Assembly: GCA_036399335.1 (NCBI GenBank)
Contig: DASWNF010000014.1
Location: 108,033 to 172,032 of the forward strand
Direction: 5' to 3'
Source of the DNA: Minisyncoccota bacterium
GTDB lineage: Bacteria; Patescibacteriota; Minisyncoccia; Phycocordibacterales; Phycocordibacteraceae
Length of the DNA: 64,000 nucleotides
Shown here: positions 1 to 7,697 of the stretch, piece by piece
Layout: every line of letters begins with the position of its first letter
How positions within the stretch are numbered: the stretch's first letter is position 1
Notes under the pieces: generated by a model
Seen by the model: the letters and a program-made list of their open reading frames with translations, nothing else
What the model was told of the DNA's origin: nothing
Databases searched by the model: none
Program-made: the position numbers and the translations under genes

Positions 1-33
1 TCATGTGATACAATACTAGCACAGCCCATTTTT

Positions 34-1038
34 ATGTCAAGTCCTTCCGACGATGTCCAGGTAGCCGCCGCCCCGCTCAAGATCCGGGACCAAGCGCTCG
101 ATAGTACGCTCCGGCCTTCGGCCTGGGACGAATATGTCGGCCAGGGGCACGTAAAGGCGAACGTACAGATAGTCCTCCAGGCCGCAAAGAAGCGCGGCGA
201 CATGCCCGAACACCTCCTCTTCTACGGGCCGCCGGGCGTCGGCAAGACCACGCTCGCCCACTTGATCGCGCGCTCGCTTGAGGCTCCGTTCAAGAGCACG
301 TCGGGCGTCGCCATCGAGCGCGCGGGCGACCTCGCCGCCATCCTGACGAACCTCGAGCCGGGCACCGTGCTCTTTATCGACGAGATCCACCAGCTCTCAT
401 CCAAGATCGAGGAACTCCTCTACCCGGCGCTCGAGAACGGCACGCTCGACATCGTACTCGGTAAAGGCCCGTCGGCGCGCACCGTCGAACTCGCGCTTCC
501 GCCCTTTACGCTCGTGGGTGCCACTACCCGCGTTGCGCAATTGTCGGGCCCGCTTCGCTCACGCTTCGGCGGCGGCGTGTACCAGCTCGATTTTTATAGC
601 GACGACGACCTCCGTGCCATCATCGCGCGCTCGGCGCGCGTCCTCTCCGTGTCCGCCTCAAGCGAAGTCGTCGACAAGATAGCCTCGCGCAGCCGTGCTA
701 CGCCGCGCGTGGCTAACGCCCTACTGAAGCGCGTGCGCGACTTCGCGCAGGTGCACGAGCAAGACCTCTCGCCGCAAGTGTGCGATGAAGCCTGCAAACT
801 CTTCGGCATCGACTCGCTCGGCCTCACCAAGGACGACCGCCGGTACCTTGAGACCTTGCGCGACGCATTCAAGGGCGGGCCGGCCGGCCTTCGCGCGCTC
901 GCGAGCCATCTCCACGAGGACCCGGATACCGTCGAGAACCTCTATGAGCCGTACCTCCTCCGCCTTACCTTCATTGAGCGTTCGCCGCGCGGACGCATCC
1001 TGACCGATAAGGGCCGCGAGTACCTCGCTAAGGGATAA
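34..1038 (+). CDS. ruvB: Holliday junction branch migration helicase RuvB
   Basis: LRP..W.EYVGQ, Walker A GPPGVGKTTLA, LFIDEIH, PPFTLVGATTR, EPYLL..FIERSPRGR motifs. Confidence 0.97.
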   Translation: MSSPSDDVQVAAAPLKIRDQALDSTLRPSAWDEYVGQGHVKANVQIVLQAAKKRGDMPEHLLFYGPPGVGKTTLAHLIARSLEAPFKSTSGVAIERAGDLAAILTNLEPGTVLFIDEIHQLSSKIEELLYPALENGTLDIVLGKGPSARTVELALPPFTLVGATTRVAQLSGPLRSRFGGGVYQLDFYSDDDLRAIIARSARVLSVSASSEVVDKIASRSRATPRVANALLKRVRDFAQVHEQDLSPQVCDEACKLFGIDSLGLTKDDRRYLETLRDAFKGGPAGLRALASHLHEDPDTVENLYEPYLLRLTFIERSPRGRILTDKGREYLAKG

Positions 1039-1219
1039 GCCCGAAGATGAGCGGGCGGCACGAGCTTACGAAGTCGCACTGCCCCGTCGTCGTGTCGCAA
1101 ATTTCTACTTTCTCCGTATCGCAGGATTCGATGATGAATCCAAGCGCAATAAGTATCGCCGCGAGCGCGAGGAAATAGACCGTAAGGGGTATGGTTCCAG
1201 GGGCTTCGGGCTCAGGCAT
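1028..1219 (-). CDS. small membrane protein, hypothetical
   Basis: 63 aa, one hydrophobic segment, Cys-rich C-terminus; -10-like TAGTAT just upstream of ATG. Confidence 0.5.
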   Translation of the reverse strand: MPEPEAPGTIPLTVYFLALAAILIALGFIIESCDTEKVEICDTTTGQCDFVSSCRPLIFGLIP

Positions 1220-1254
1220 ATGCCCATACTAGCAGTAGCCGCACCGGTTTTGCA

Positions 1255-1503
1255 TCATCCTCCGCTTTTTTTGATGAGTTCGAGCTTCTTCGTGCGCGGC
1301 CACGCTTTAATCTCCGCTTCGCGCCTGAGGGCGCTTGAGCGGTCTTCGCAGGTTTCCGTATGCGCCATGCGCACGGCTTTTTTCGCGGCCGTGTAGTTAC
1401 TCCCCCTCCCGCTTACATGCTCCCTAAAGCGCCGCTCGACGTCCGTCGTGATGCCGGTGTAGAGCGTACCGTCAGCGCACTCGAGCAAGTAAACGAAGTA
1501 CAT
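1255..1503 (-). CDS. GIY-YIG nuclease family protein (YhbQ/UPF0213-like)
   Basis: MYFVYLLECADGTLYTGITTDVERRFREH...ALRREAEIK; true start is the internal ATG at 1503 of the 1255..1911 ORF. Confidence 0.92.
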   Translation of the reverse strand: MYFVYLLECADGTLYTGITTDVERRFREHVSGRGSNYTAAKKAVRMAHTETCEDRSSALRREAEIKAWPRTKKLELIKKSGG

Positions 1504-1519
1504 CAGTTTATGCGCAGCC

Positions 1520-1939
1520 CTATGACGCAGACTGCTCGCAATACCTCTTGAAGGAATTGAGGATGGCCTGCCATCCAGCACGCTGAAGCTCGTGCGCGTT
1601 TTCCGCCTCCGGCTCGAATGTCTGGGTGATATGGGTCGTCTCACCTTCCTGTGCAAAGACGGTTTCCACCTTTCGGCCGTCCGCGAGCGTATACGCGAGG
1701 CGCTCATGCATGACCACGTCATCATAGGTGCCGGTGAGGTCGAATCCCTCGCTCCCGTCTTTGGCTTCCATGCGCGAAAGGAAGACGCCTCCGGCACGCA
1801 CGTCATTCTCTGCGTGAGTCGTATGCCAGTCATCGGACGCGCTGTTCCACGCCTTGATGGCCTCGGTGCTCGTAAAGTCTCTCCATACGTTCTCAATGGG
1901 AGCGTGTACACGCGTCTCTACGGTAATTCGTTCGTCCAT
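1520..1939 (-). CDS. SRPBCC/AHSA1 domain protein
   Basis: ITVETRVHAPIENVW...RMEAKDGSEGFD..GTY...Q.AGWQAILNSFKRY pattern. Confidence 0.88.
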   Translation of the reverse strand: MDERITVETRVHAPIENVWRDFTSTEAIKAWNSASDDWHTTHAENDVRAGGVFLSRMEAKDGSEGFDLTGTYDDVVMHERLAYTLADGRKVETVFAQEGETTHITQTFEPEAENAHELQRAGWQAILNSFKRYCEQSAS

Positions 1940-2069
1940 GGGAAAAGTATACCAATAGCGCCTCCGTGCAGTACTCGAAAGACGGTTTCAAATTAAATGG
2001 ACGTCTGCGGCGTTTCGGCACTTTTTCGCAACGTATGATAGGTTTTGTTTAGGTAACAGGAGAACCGAA

Positions 2070-2480
2070 ATGAGTAGTCCCGGCTTTGGCGCTAGGGCTC
2101 GGTCCCTGCGCAAGAAACTTGGATTAAACCCGATCCAGGCAGCCCTTGCGCTGAACATTAAGGCTCCCTCGCGAATTGAGGATATGGAACGCACCGGGGT
2201 TAGTCCCTGGACCTTCGAGGCACTCGAGTCTGCGTATTCCGCATTTCTGCACGCTGGCCCAACGTCTAGGGGGAGGAACCTGCTTTTCGGGCAGCTCCCT
2301 ATCTCAGTGGCGCGTAGCCTTCTACGCTTATCCGTTGAGGAAATAGCTGAGCGGTGTGGCTACTCCGTTTCCTTCTGGATGAGGATGGAGGCGGACCATC
2401 GGCCCCTCCGTGCTGATGTACTTAAACGGCTCGAAGCCGACGTTAAAGAAGAGGTTCGAAGGACTATTTTAAAATGCTAA
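2070..2480 (+). CDS. tandem XRE-type helix-turn-helix protein
   Basis: Two HTH-like segments (LRKKLGLNPIQAALAL; ARSLLRLSVEEIAERCGYSVSFWMRME); SD AGGAG upstream. Confidence 0.6.
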   Translation: MSSPGFGARARSLRKKLGLNPIQAALALNIKAPSRIEDMERTGVSPWTFEALESAYSAFLHAGPTSRGRNLLFGQLPISVARSLLRLSVEEIAERCGYSVSFWMRMEADHRPLRADVLKRLEADVKEEVRRTILKC

Positions 2481-2548
2481 TCGCCCACAGGTCGCCCGAC
2501 CTAGTTGGGCGATTCTGTTTATTGCTGGCTTAGGAACAACTAAGCCTT

Positions 2549-2582
2549 ATAAAAAGTGGGCCGTTGCGCGAAGCAACGGCCC
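2549..2582 (-). terminator. intrinsic terminator of the 23S-mimic ncRNA
   Basis: Stem GGGCCGTTGC/GCAACGGCCC followed by a T-tract on the minus strand. Confidence 0.85.
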
Positions 2583-2584
2583 GT

Positions 2585-2836
2585 GGATCCTACCAGACGA
2601 GTGAGTTTCCTCACTAGCCAAAACGTCGCACCTGAAAGCGCATAATGACTCGTCTCCGAAGCTTCGGCGGGTGGCTTGAGCCCTCGCACGATACGGCTAT
2701 CCATTTGCCCTTAACGAGCTTTTGAAAGCTGCTTTTAGCCACTACTTTGGGGCCTTAGCTGTCGGTTAGGGATTATCCCTCTATGGTTTCCTTGACCAAG
2801 GATTTTCAGTCTTAATGCGGAAACCACCTCAGATCC
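2585..2836 (-). ncRNA. putative ~250-nt structured ncRNA mimicking 23S rRNA domain II (H40/H41 region)
   Basis: Minus strand has AGAGGGATAATCCCTAACCGACAGCTAAGGCCCCAAAGTAGTGGCTAA and GGGCTCAAGCCACCCGCCGAAGCTTCGG, matching both strands of 23S H40-H41; ends GGATCT/GGATCC can pair; flanked by a promoter and a terminator; no ORF. Confidence 0.75.
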
Positions 2837-2842
2837 GTATTT

Positions 2843-2870
2843 AGCCTAGCACCATCAAAGGACTTGTCCA
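2843..2870 (-). promoter_or_regulatory. sigma70-type promoter for the ncRNA
   Basis: TGGACA-16 nt-(TG.)TAGGCT, ending 6 nt before the 5' closing strand GGATCT. Confidence 0.6.
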
Positions 2871-2969
2871 GTACAGGTGTGGATGCTGGGTACGCGTCGC
2901 ACCGCTTCCGGTGCGGCCACGAGACACACGGCACTTTGCCGCTCTGACGCACTGCCCGCAGCCAGCGAG

Positions 2970-3002
2970 AAGCCCGCTTCCTCACGGCAGCGGGCTTTTT
3001 TC
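2970..3002 (+). terminator. intrinsic terminator
   Basis: AAGCCCGCT...AGCGGGCTTTTTT. Confidence 0.75.
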
Positions 3003-3028
3003 TTACCGGGCGGTAGGATGTTGGAATC
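3003..3028 (+). repeat. cassette-boundary repeat (degenerate)
   Basis: TTACCGGGCGGTAGGATGTTGGAATC; shares the GATGTTGGAA core; abuts the GNAT stop codon. Confidence 0.6.
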
Positions 3029-3030
3029 TA

Positions 3031-3531
3031 CTAATCCTGTGCAACTTCTTCCGAGACACTTTGGTTGCGCGTAAGTATTAATCGAGGTTCACCCGTATCG
3101 TCGTAATTTTCCTCTCTGCCGGTAATTTGGAAATCATAGGATTGATACAACTTAACCGCATTATTTTCAGGGTGAACTCTTAACCAGACTTGCGGAGCAC
3201 TCTTCAGGTGCTCAAGGATTTGTTCCAATGCCCTGCGTCCAAGGCCTTGTTTCTGATATTCAGGGTCTATCGCAAGGCCGTTGATGTACGCTCTTCCATC
3301 TTCTTCTATTGCGTACGAGGCTGCCCCCACTACCTGGTCTCCTCGTCTTATAAAAAACATTGGTCCCTTCCTATACTCCTCTTCAGCCTCTGAACGATCT
3401 TGAGCGGCCGCATATGTTTTGCCCTGGACTTTCTTCTCCAACGCGACATACGCCTCAAGGTCGTCGAGCGTCATGCGTTGAAGCTCTATAGGCATTTGGG
3501 GGCCTCGCTCGCCCTTACTTTCAACTGACAT
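3031..3531 (-). CDS. GNAT family N-acetyltransferase
   Basis: YINGLAIDPEYQKQGLGRRAL...N.AVKLYQSYDF; start at MSVESK, 6 nt downstream of TATACT. Confidence 0.9.
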   Translation of the reverse strand: MSVESKGERGPQMPIELQRMTLDDLEAYVALEKKVQGKTYAAAQDRSEAEEEYRKGPMFFIRRGDQVVGAASYAIEEDGRAYINGLAIDPEYQKQGLGRRALEQILEHLKSAPQVWLRVHPENNAVKLYQSYDFQITGREENYDDTGEPRLILTRNQSVSEEVAQD

Positions 3532-3556
3532 GTCGAAAGTATAGCAGCCAAGCAAA

Positions 3557-3583
3557 TGCTGGGCTCTGAAACGATGTCGCATC
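3557..3583 (+). repeat. cassette-boundary repeat (degenerate)
   Basis: TGCTGGGCTCTGAAACGATGTCGCATC between two genes. Confidence 0.6.
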
Positions 3584-3589
3584 CTGCTG

Positions 3590-4063
3590 TTATAAGTAGG
3601 ATGCGAACTCTTCGTCAGAAAGTTCTAGAAGGGTCGCGTCTCGCGAAATGGGGAGCGTGGTCATCTCAACTCCCATCCAAGGTAAGGGGACGAAATTCTC
3701 CGCCTCTTCCACTGAGGTAAACTCCACTTCGGCACGCATTAAACCCTCATACTTGCCACGATATACCTGTATAGAGATTTTTGGGTTCTCAGAAATGTCG
3801 TAGCGATCTCTAACTAAGGCGTCTGGTGCTACTTTCTTGAGTGTATCGAACTCCTCAGCTGAAATTTCCTTCTTCTCTCGAGTGCGCTCTAAACTAGATA
3901 AAAGTTCCTTTCTTTCATAAAAGTACTTCTCATTTATTTTGGAAATCCTCTCCTCAATATTACCTTCGTTCTTTAGGATATGTCGTTCGTAGTGAAGTGG
4001 GGCTATGCCAGACATGTTAGGCATTTCCCTTACATAAAACTTTCGCTCGATTTCATTTTGCAT
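3590..4063 (-). CDS. CYTH domain protein
   Basis: N-terminal EIERKF, AEVEF.S.EEA.NF.P.PW.G.E motifs. Confidence 0.88.
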   Translation of the reverse strand: MQNEIERKFYVREMPNMSGIAPLHYERHILKNEGNIEERISKINEKYFYERKELLSSLERTREKKEISAEEFDTLKKVAPDALVRDRYDISENPKISIQVYRGKYEGLMRAEVEFTSVEEAENFVPLPWMGVEMTTLPISRDATLLELSDEEFASYL

Positions 4064-4067
4064 AATC

Positions 4068-4370
4068 TCAGGCAGCTTTACATACTTTTTTGGTCACGGC
4101 ATCAACAAATAAACGGAAAGCCGGTCGCCTCTCTTTCTCCCAAATAACCCTTACTCCAAGGATGTGCTTATTGGGGCATGCAAATGTTTCTTCCGCGGTA
4201 GGGACTGCCGAATTGATGATGCGATCTAAGTACATACGCCTCAGCGTACCCGGTCCGTCTTTTTGATAAAGGCAGATGTGCTTCGAACATTTTTCGCAGG
4301 CGATATCCAAAAGTCGAGCATATCCCCCACGAGACTTTCTGTACTTGTCGCTTTTAAGGAGACTAGTCAT
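4068..4370 (-). CDS. conserved hypothetical protein with Cys/His Zn-binding pattern
   Basis: C..C...YQKDGPG.LRRMYLDRI...CPNKH.LG; start at MTSLLK after TACAAT. Confidence 0.7.
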   Translation of the reverse strand: MTSLLKSDKYRKSRGGYARLLDIACEKCSKHICLYQKDGPGTLRRMYLDRIINSAVPTAEETFACPNKHILGVRVIWEKERRPAFRLFVDAVTKKVCKAA

Positions 4371-4389
4371 GCAGTGATTGTAACAACGA

Positions 4390-4418
4390 TTGCTGCACTC
4401 TGGGGCGATGTTGGAACC
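4390..4418 (+). repeat. cassette-boundary repeat
   Basis: TTGCTGCACTCTGGGGCGATGTTGGAACC. Confidence 0.85.
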
Positions 4419-4425
4419 AGTATTT

Positions 4426-5097
4426 CTAGTATTTGTCCCCTTCTTCGATAGCAATAACTGGCAATTTATATCCTTCGGTTAGAAGTACCTGCTGTATTTC
4501 ACTTACTCGACCCCTCGGCGCTTCAATATGAGTGAATTTCTTGATAGAAATTGGCTCTAATACCCTATCTTCATGCAAGTCGACAAATTCAGAGCCATGG
4601 GTAATTGCATAGGCTTCGCGTTCAACGCCAATTAGAATTGGGTAGTTGGATGATATATCTGTACCGCCGCGAAGAAGAAGATAAAAAAGCGATTGGTTTT
4701 TGTGGGTAAACTTCGCTATGAATGTCGCGGCCTTACTCCTATAGCCAACAGTAAACGGAAGCGGTACGCGTTCCTTCCAAGCGACCCATACGCTTGGAAG
4801 GAGGTAGCGACAGCACCAGAGGCAACGGTTACAGAGCTCTTGCAAACTTCTCTGGCTTTTTGGGAAAAAGAGGCTTGCATACAAGCGTGCGTACCCTCGC
4901 GAACGGGCAAATGATACTGACCGTGCATGCGGACGCTTTTGGTCTGAAGCGTCGTCATAAATAGAGAGTCCACCTTCGTGCAGTATTCCTTTTAAAATAT
5001 CCATGACTTCTCCATTTTCATATTTATAGCGGCCGGTTCCATGCCAAGAACCAATGTTCTCGTAAAGCTCTTCAATTTTTGAGCTGGGTTCACGCAT
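4426..5097 (-). CDS. hypothetical protein (AT-rich cassette gene)
   Basis: 223-aa ORF bounded by repeats; N-terminal WHGT motif. Confidence 0.65.
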   Translation of the reverse strand: MREPSSKIEELYENIGSWHGTGRYKYENGEVMDILKGILHEGGLSIYDDASDQKRPHARSVSFARSRGYARLYASLFFPKSQRSLQELCNRCLWCCRYLLPSVWVAWKERVPLPFTVGYRSKAATFIAKFTHKNQSLFYLLLRGGTDISSNYPILIGVEREAYAITHGSEFVDLHEDRVLEPISIKKFTHIEAPRGRVSEIQQVLLTEGYKLPVIAIEEGDKY

Positions 5098-5123
5098 AGA
5101 TATAGAAACTATACCAATACTAA

Positions 5124-5149
5124 TTGCTGGACTCTGTGATGTTGGAGCC
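5124..5149 (+). repeat. cassette-boundary repeat
   Basis: TTGCTGGACTCTGTGATGTTGGAGCC. Confidence 0.75.
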
Positions 5150-5205
5150 CTTTTACAGTATGCAATTAGAAGCCCCCGGGATGTTGGTCCCGGGGGCGAG
5201 GCGCT

Positions 5206-5853
5206 TCACGAGAGCGCGAGGGCTTGGAGATTTTCTCGTGCCTGCGGCTCAAGGTGTTTGAAGTGCGGGGTGAGGTAGATCTTTGGGCGTTCGAGGAACG
5301 TGGCAGCCCACATCTTCCTGCCCTCATCGTACTCGGCGCGTGTATACCGCGGCTCGTATTCGAGCCAGATGGCTTCCGTTTGCGACTGGAAGTACGCAGG
5401 GTCCTGTCCCAGCCCCCAGAGATCGAGGTCGATGAGCGGTGCGACGATGTTGACGAAGCGCTCATCCACGCATTCCAGGGTATGGGTGATAGTCGCGGTA
5501 ATGCCCTGGTACACGAGCTCTTCAAGAGGCGGGTGCCGTTCACCGTCACGGCGTTGCAGGTCTTCAATTGCCAGCCGAGCGCTTTCACGCTCGCTCTCAC
5601 CGTGTTCACGACCGACCTTAAGCCAGCGGTCGTGGCTCACGATAAGGAATTTAAGCAGAAGGAGCTCGTTCCCCATCAACACGAGGCCGCGCGCCCCTTC
5701 CAGCATGCCGAGGATATGGTTGGCATCATGGTACGTCCGCCACCTCTCGGAATAGGAGCAGCAGAGAGGCTCGACTGCCGCATAGGGGATGCCGAGCTCG
5801 CCGTAGATTTCGGTAACGGCCAGCCGCAGTTCGTCTGTCGGACTAAATTTCAC
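5206..5853 (-). CDS. HD-superfamily metal-dependent phosphohydrolase (COG4339-like)
   Basis: YSE..R.YH...HI, HD, E.ESA.LA, D.DL..LG, EY.EGR...FL.RP.IY.T motifs; SD GAGGAGG. Confidence 0.85.
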   Translation of the reverse strand: MKFSPTDELRLAVTEIYGELGIPYAAVEPLCCSYSERWRTYHDANHILGMLEGARGLVLMGNELLLLKFLIVSHDRWLKVGREHGESERESARLAIEDLQRRDGERHPPLEELVYQGITATITHTLECVDERFVNIVAPLIDLDLWGLGQDPAYFQSQTEAIWLEYEPRYTRAEYDEGRKMWAATFLERPKIYLTPHFKHLEPQARENLQALALS

Positions 5854-6005
5854 AACGCCCTCCTCAAAGGTCTATGGTTTAAGCCAGCTTCACGATAATA
5901 CACAATAGTGGATATGTATAGGACGATTGGGCCTGGGATGATGCCGAGGTTTTTATATACAAAACCGCCCCAATCATCGTTGCTGGGACGGGCTTCATGG
6001 TCTGA

Positions 6006-6272
6006 TTAGACCGTTTCGAGCTTGGACGGGGGGACATTGGCTTGGTAACCAGGTCCCCCATTGTCGAAGTTGACTCGTACCACTCCCCCCGCATCTTCGG
6101 GGAGATGCTGGAGTCGAGAGTCCCAGACGTCGCCAATCTCTCCTTTCGGAATCGGCGAGTATCCAGGGAAAGGAACCTCCTCGGTCGTTCGCACCCTGCG
6201 ACCGCCCAGAGAAGGACGAACGGGTACTTGCCCGGCGACTCGGTCATCTTTGATAACAGACATAACACTCAC
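6006..6272 (-). CDS. hypothetical small protein (possible SH3/KOW-like beta fold)
   Basis: 88 aa, strong SD AGGAGGTG, GRRVRT...GEIGDV...VRVNFD pattern. Confidence 0.6.
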   Translation of the reverse strand: MSVMSVIKDDRVAGQVPVRPSLGGRRVRTTEEVPFPGYSPIPKGEIGDVWDSRLQHLPEDAGGVVRVNFDNGGPGYQANVPPSKLETV

Positions 6273-6312
6273 CTCCTGTCGCTATCTAACTACGAATGCA
6301 CCGCTCTGTCCA

Positions 6313-6338
6313 TTACTGCTCTGGGACGATGTTGGAAC
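6313..6338 (+). repeat. cassette-boundary repeat
   Basis: TTACTGCTCTGGGACGATGTTGGAAC. Confidence 0.85.
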
Positions 6339-6625
6339 TTTTCTGTACGAAATGCCGCCCATTGACCCGGGCGGCACGGCTCGAGACTTACCGTGTCTCG
6401 AGAGCCTCAACCCGCGCAGGAGGCGGATGCTGGAGGCCTGGGAAAAGTTGGCCGCTCTACCGACCCAACTGGTGCTCTTAAGAAATGCTTTGATCAACGC
6501 TTATCAGCGGGGTTGGCCCAAATGTTACTTTCTGAGATGACCCACCTTTCAAATCACTAAACGTAACAGTTTCACCTTTAGAGCCAAACCCGTATCAACT
6601 TCAACGAGGAAATAGAAGTGTAGTT

Positions 6626-6655
6626 TTGCTGGCAGTCTGGGACGACGTTGGAACC
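6626..6655 (+). repeat. cassette-boundary repeat (consensus-like)
   Basis: TTGCTGGCAGTCTGGGACGACGTTGGAACC. Confidence 0.9.
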
Positions 6656-6714
6656 TTTATTTAAAAGACCACCCTCTCGCCGCAGCGAGAGGGGATCTCG
6701 CGGACATTGGGTGG

Positions 6715-6975
6715 TCAGCCTTGTGGCGGCTTATACGGCCTGGTACCGCCGCGCATGGCCATGACAGGAATCGGGAACGCATCGTTGAAGTCGTGGCCGC
6801 CTTCCTCTTCGAGGATCAGGACGACGGCATCGCAAATCGAGTCGAGCTCTTCTTGTTGCATGCCCATGAACTTCTTGGAATAAAGACGCGCCATGACATG
6901 CGAGGTTGTCGGGTCGATGCTGTTCTCCCCCGTGTCATCCGAAATGAAGGTTACGGTCGTCGAGTCGAGGAGCAT
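6715..6975 (-). CDS. hypothetical protein
   Basis: 86 aa, SD AGGAG, downstream hairpin CCCTCTCGC/GCGAGAGGG at ~6672-6693. Confidence 0.6.
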   Translation of the reverse strand: MLLDSTTVTFISDDTGENSIDPTTSHVMARLYSKKFMGMQQEELDSICDAVVLILEEEGGHDFNDAFPIPVMAMRGGTRPYKPPQG

Positions 6976-7142
6976 TCCGAGTCGCTCCTGATAGAGCTGT
7001 TGAATCCGAGCACGAATTCTGCGCTTCTGCTCCGCTCACTTGCGTAGAAGCCTGAAATATCAACGATCGGCATGACGCCTCTCCCTTTGTGCTGTTGCAG
7101 GGATTAATATAGCACATATTCACCAGCTTGTCATCACTTCCG

Positions 7143-7171
7143 TGCTGGCAGTCTGGGACGATGTTGGAACC
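7143..7171 (+). repeat. cassette-boundary repeat (consensus-like)
   Basis: TGCTGGCAGTCTGGGACGATGTTGGAACC. Confidence 0.9.
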
Positions 7172-7198
7172 TTTCATACGCTGTGGTAGCTTCTTAGC

Positions 7199-7359
7199 AC
7201 TTGGCAGGAGGCGTCGGAAAGCTACGGACTATCCGCAGGGATAGAAACGGCACGAGTCGGCATGCATCTGTCCGTTGAACCTACGTAACAGCGAAAGCGA
7301 GGTTGGCAGTTCGGAAAGACGACATCGGAGCTTGGTTAAACTAAACCAAGCTCCTTTTA
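7199..7359 (+). ncRNA. putative structured small RNA with terminator
   Basis: Promoter TTGGAA-17-TAGCTT; stems ACGGAC/GTCCGT, CTATCC/GGATAG, AACCT/AGGTT; terminator GGAGCTTGGTT/AACCAAGCTCC-TTTT; no ORF. Confidence 0.55.
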
Positions 7360-7388
7360 TTGCTGGCAGTCTGGGACGACGTTGGGAC
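7360..7388 (+). repeat. cassette-boundary repeat (consensus-like)
   Basis: TTGCTGGCAGTCTGGGACGACGTTGGGAC. Confidence 0.9.
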
Positions 7389-7430
7389 TTTTTTATCCCC
7401 AGATAGGCACTTATGCTAAACTCGTCACAG

Positions 7431-7661
7431 ATGGCGTGATGCCTGGTACGTAGTACGGAGCAACCCTCTTAGGGCCACTGCTAGTTACCAGTCACGAAAG
7501 GCTTGAAAACGCACCCGTAGCACCCACCATAGCCCTTCCCAGCCCCCTGTTGAGTAGTGCGACCTACTCGTCGCAACAGGGTCGTGGAGGGGTTACTAGG
7601 CAGAAGAACGGCATGCGGCTGGAAGGAGTGTGCGTAAACTCCACTGGTGACATCGCGCCAT
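7431..7661 (+). ncRNA. putative ~230-nt structured ncRNA
   Basis: Extended -10 TGCTAAACT at 7414-7422; 11-bp closing stem ATGGCGTGATG/CATCGCGCCAT; several internal stems; terminator at 7664-7694. Confidence 0.6.
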
Positions 7662-7697
7662 TGCAGAGAGCACCCGTAAGGGTGTTTTCTGTTTCCC

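Noticed and set aside
2585-2836. A genuine 23S rRNA gene or a simple rRNA pseudogene
   Set aside because: Only two short blocks match, the intervening helices are replaced, and it has its own promoter and terminator with no rRNA operon context.
7431-7661. tmRNA, RNase P RNA or retron msr-msd
   Set aside because: No tRNA-like ends or tag ORF, no GAGGAAAGTCC RNase P motif, and no reverse transcriptase in the window.
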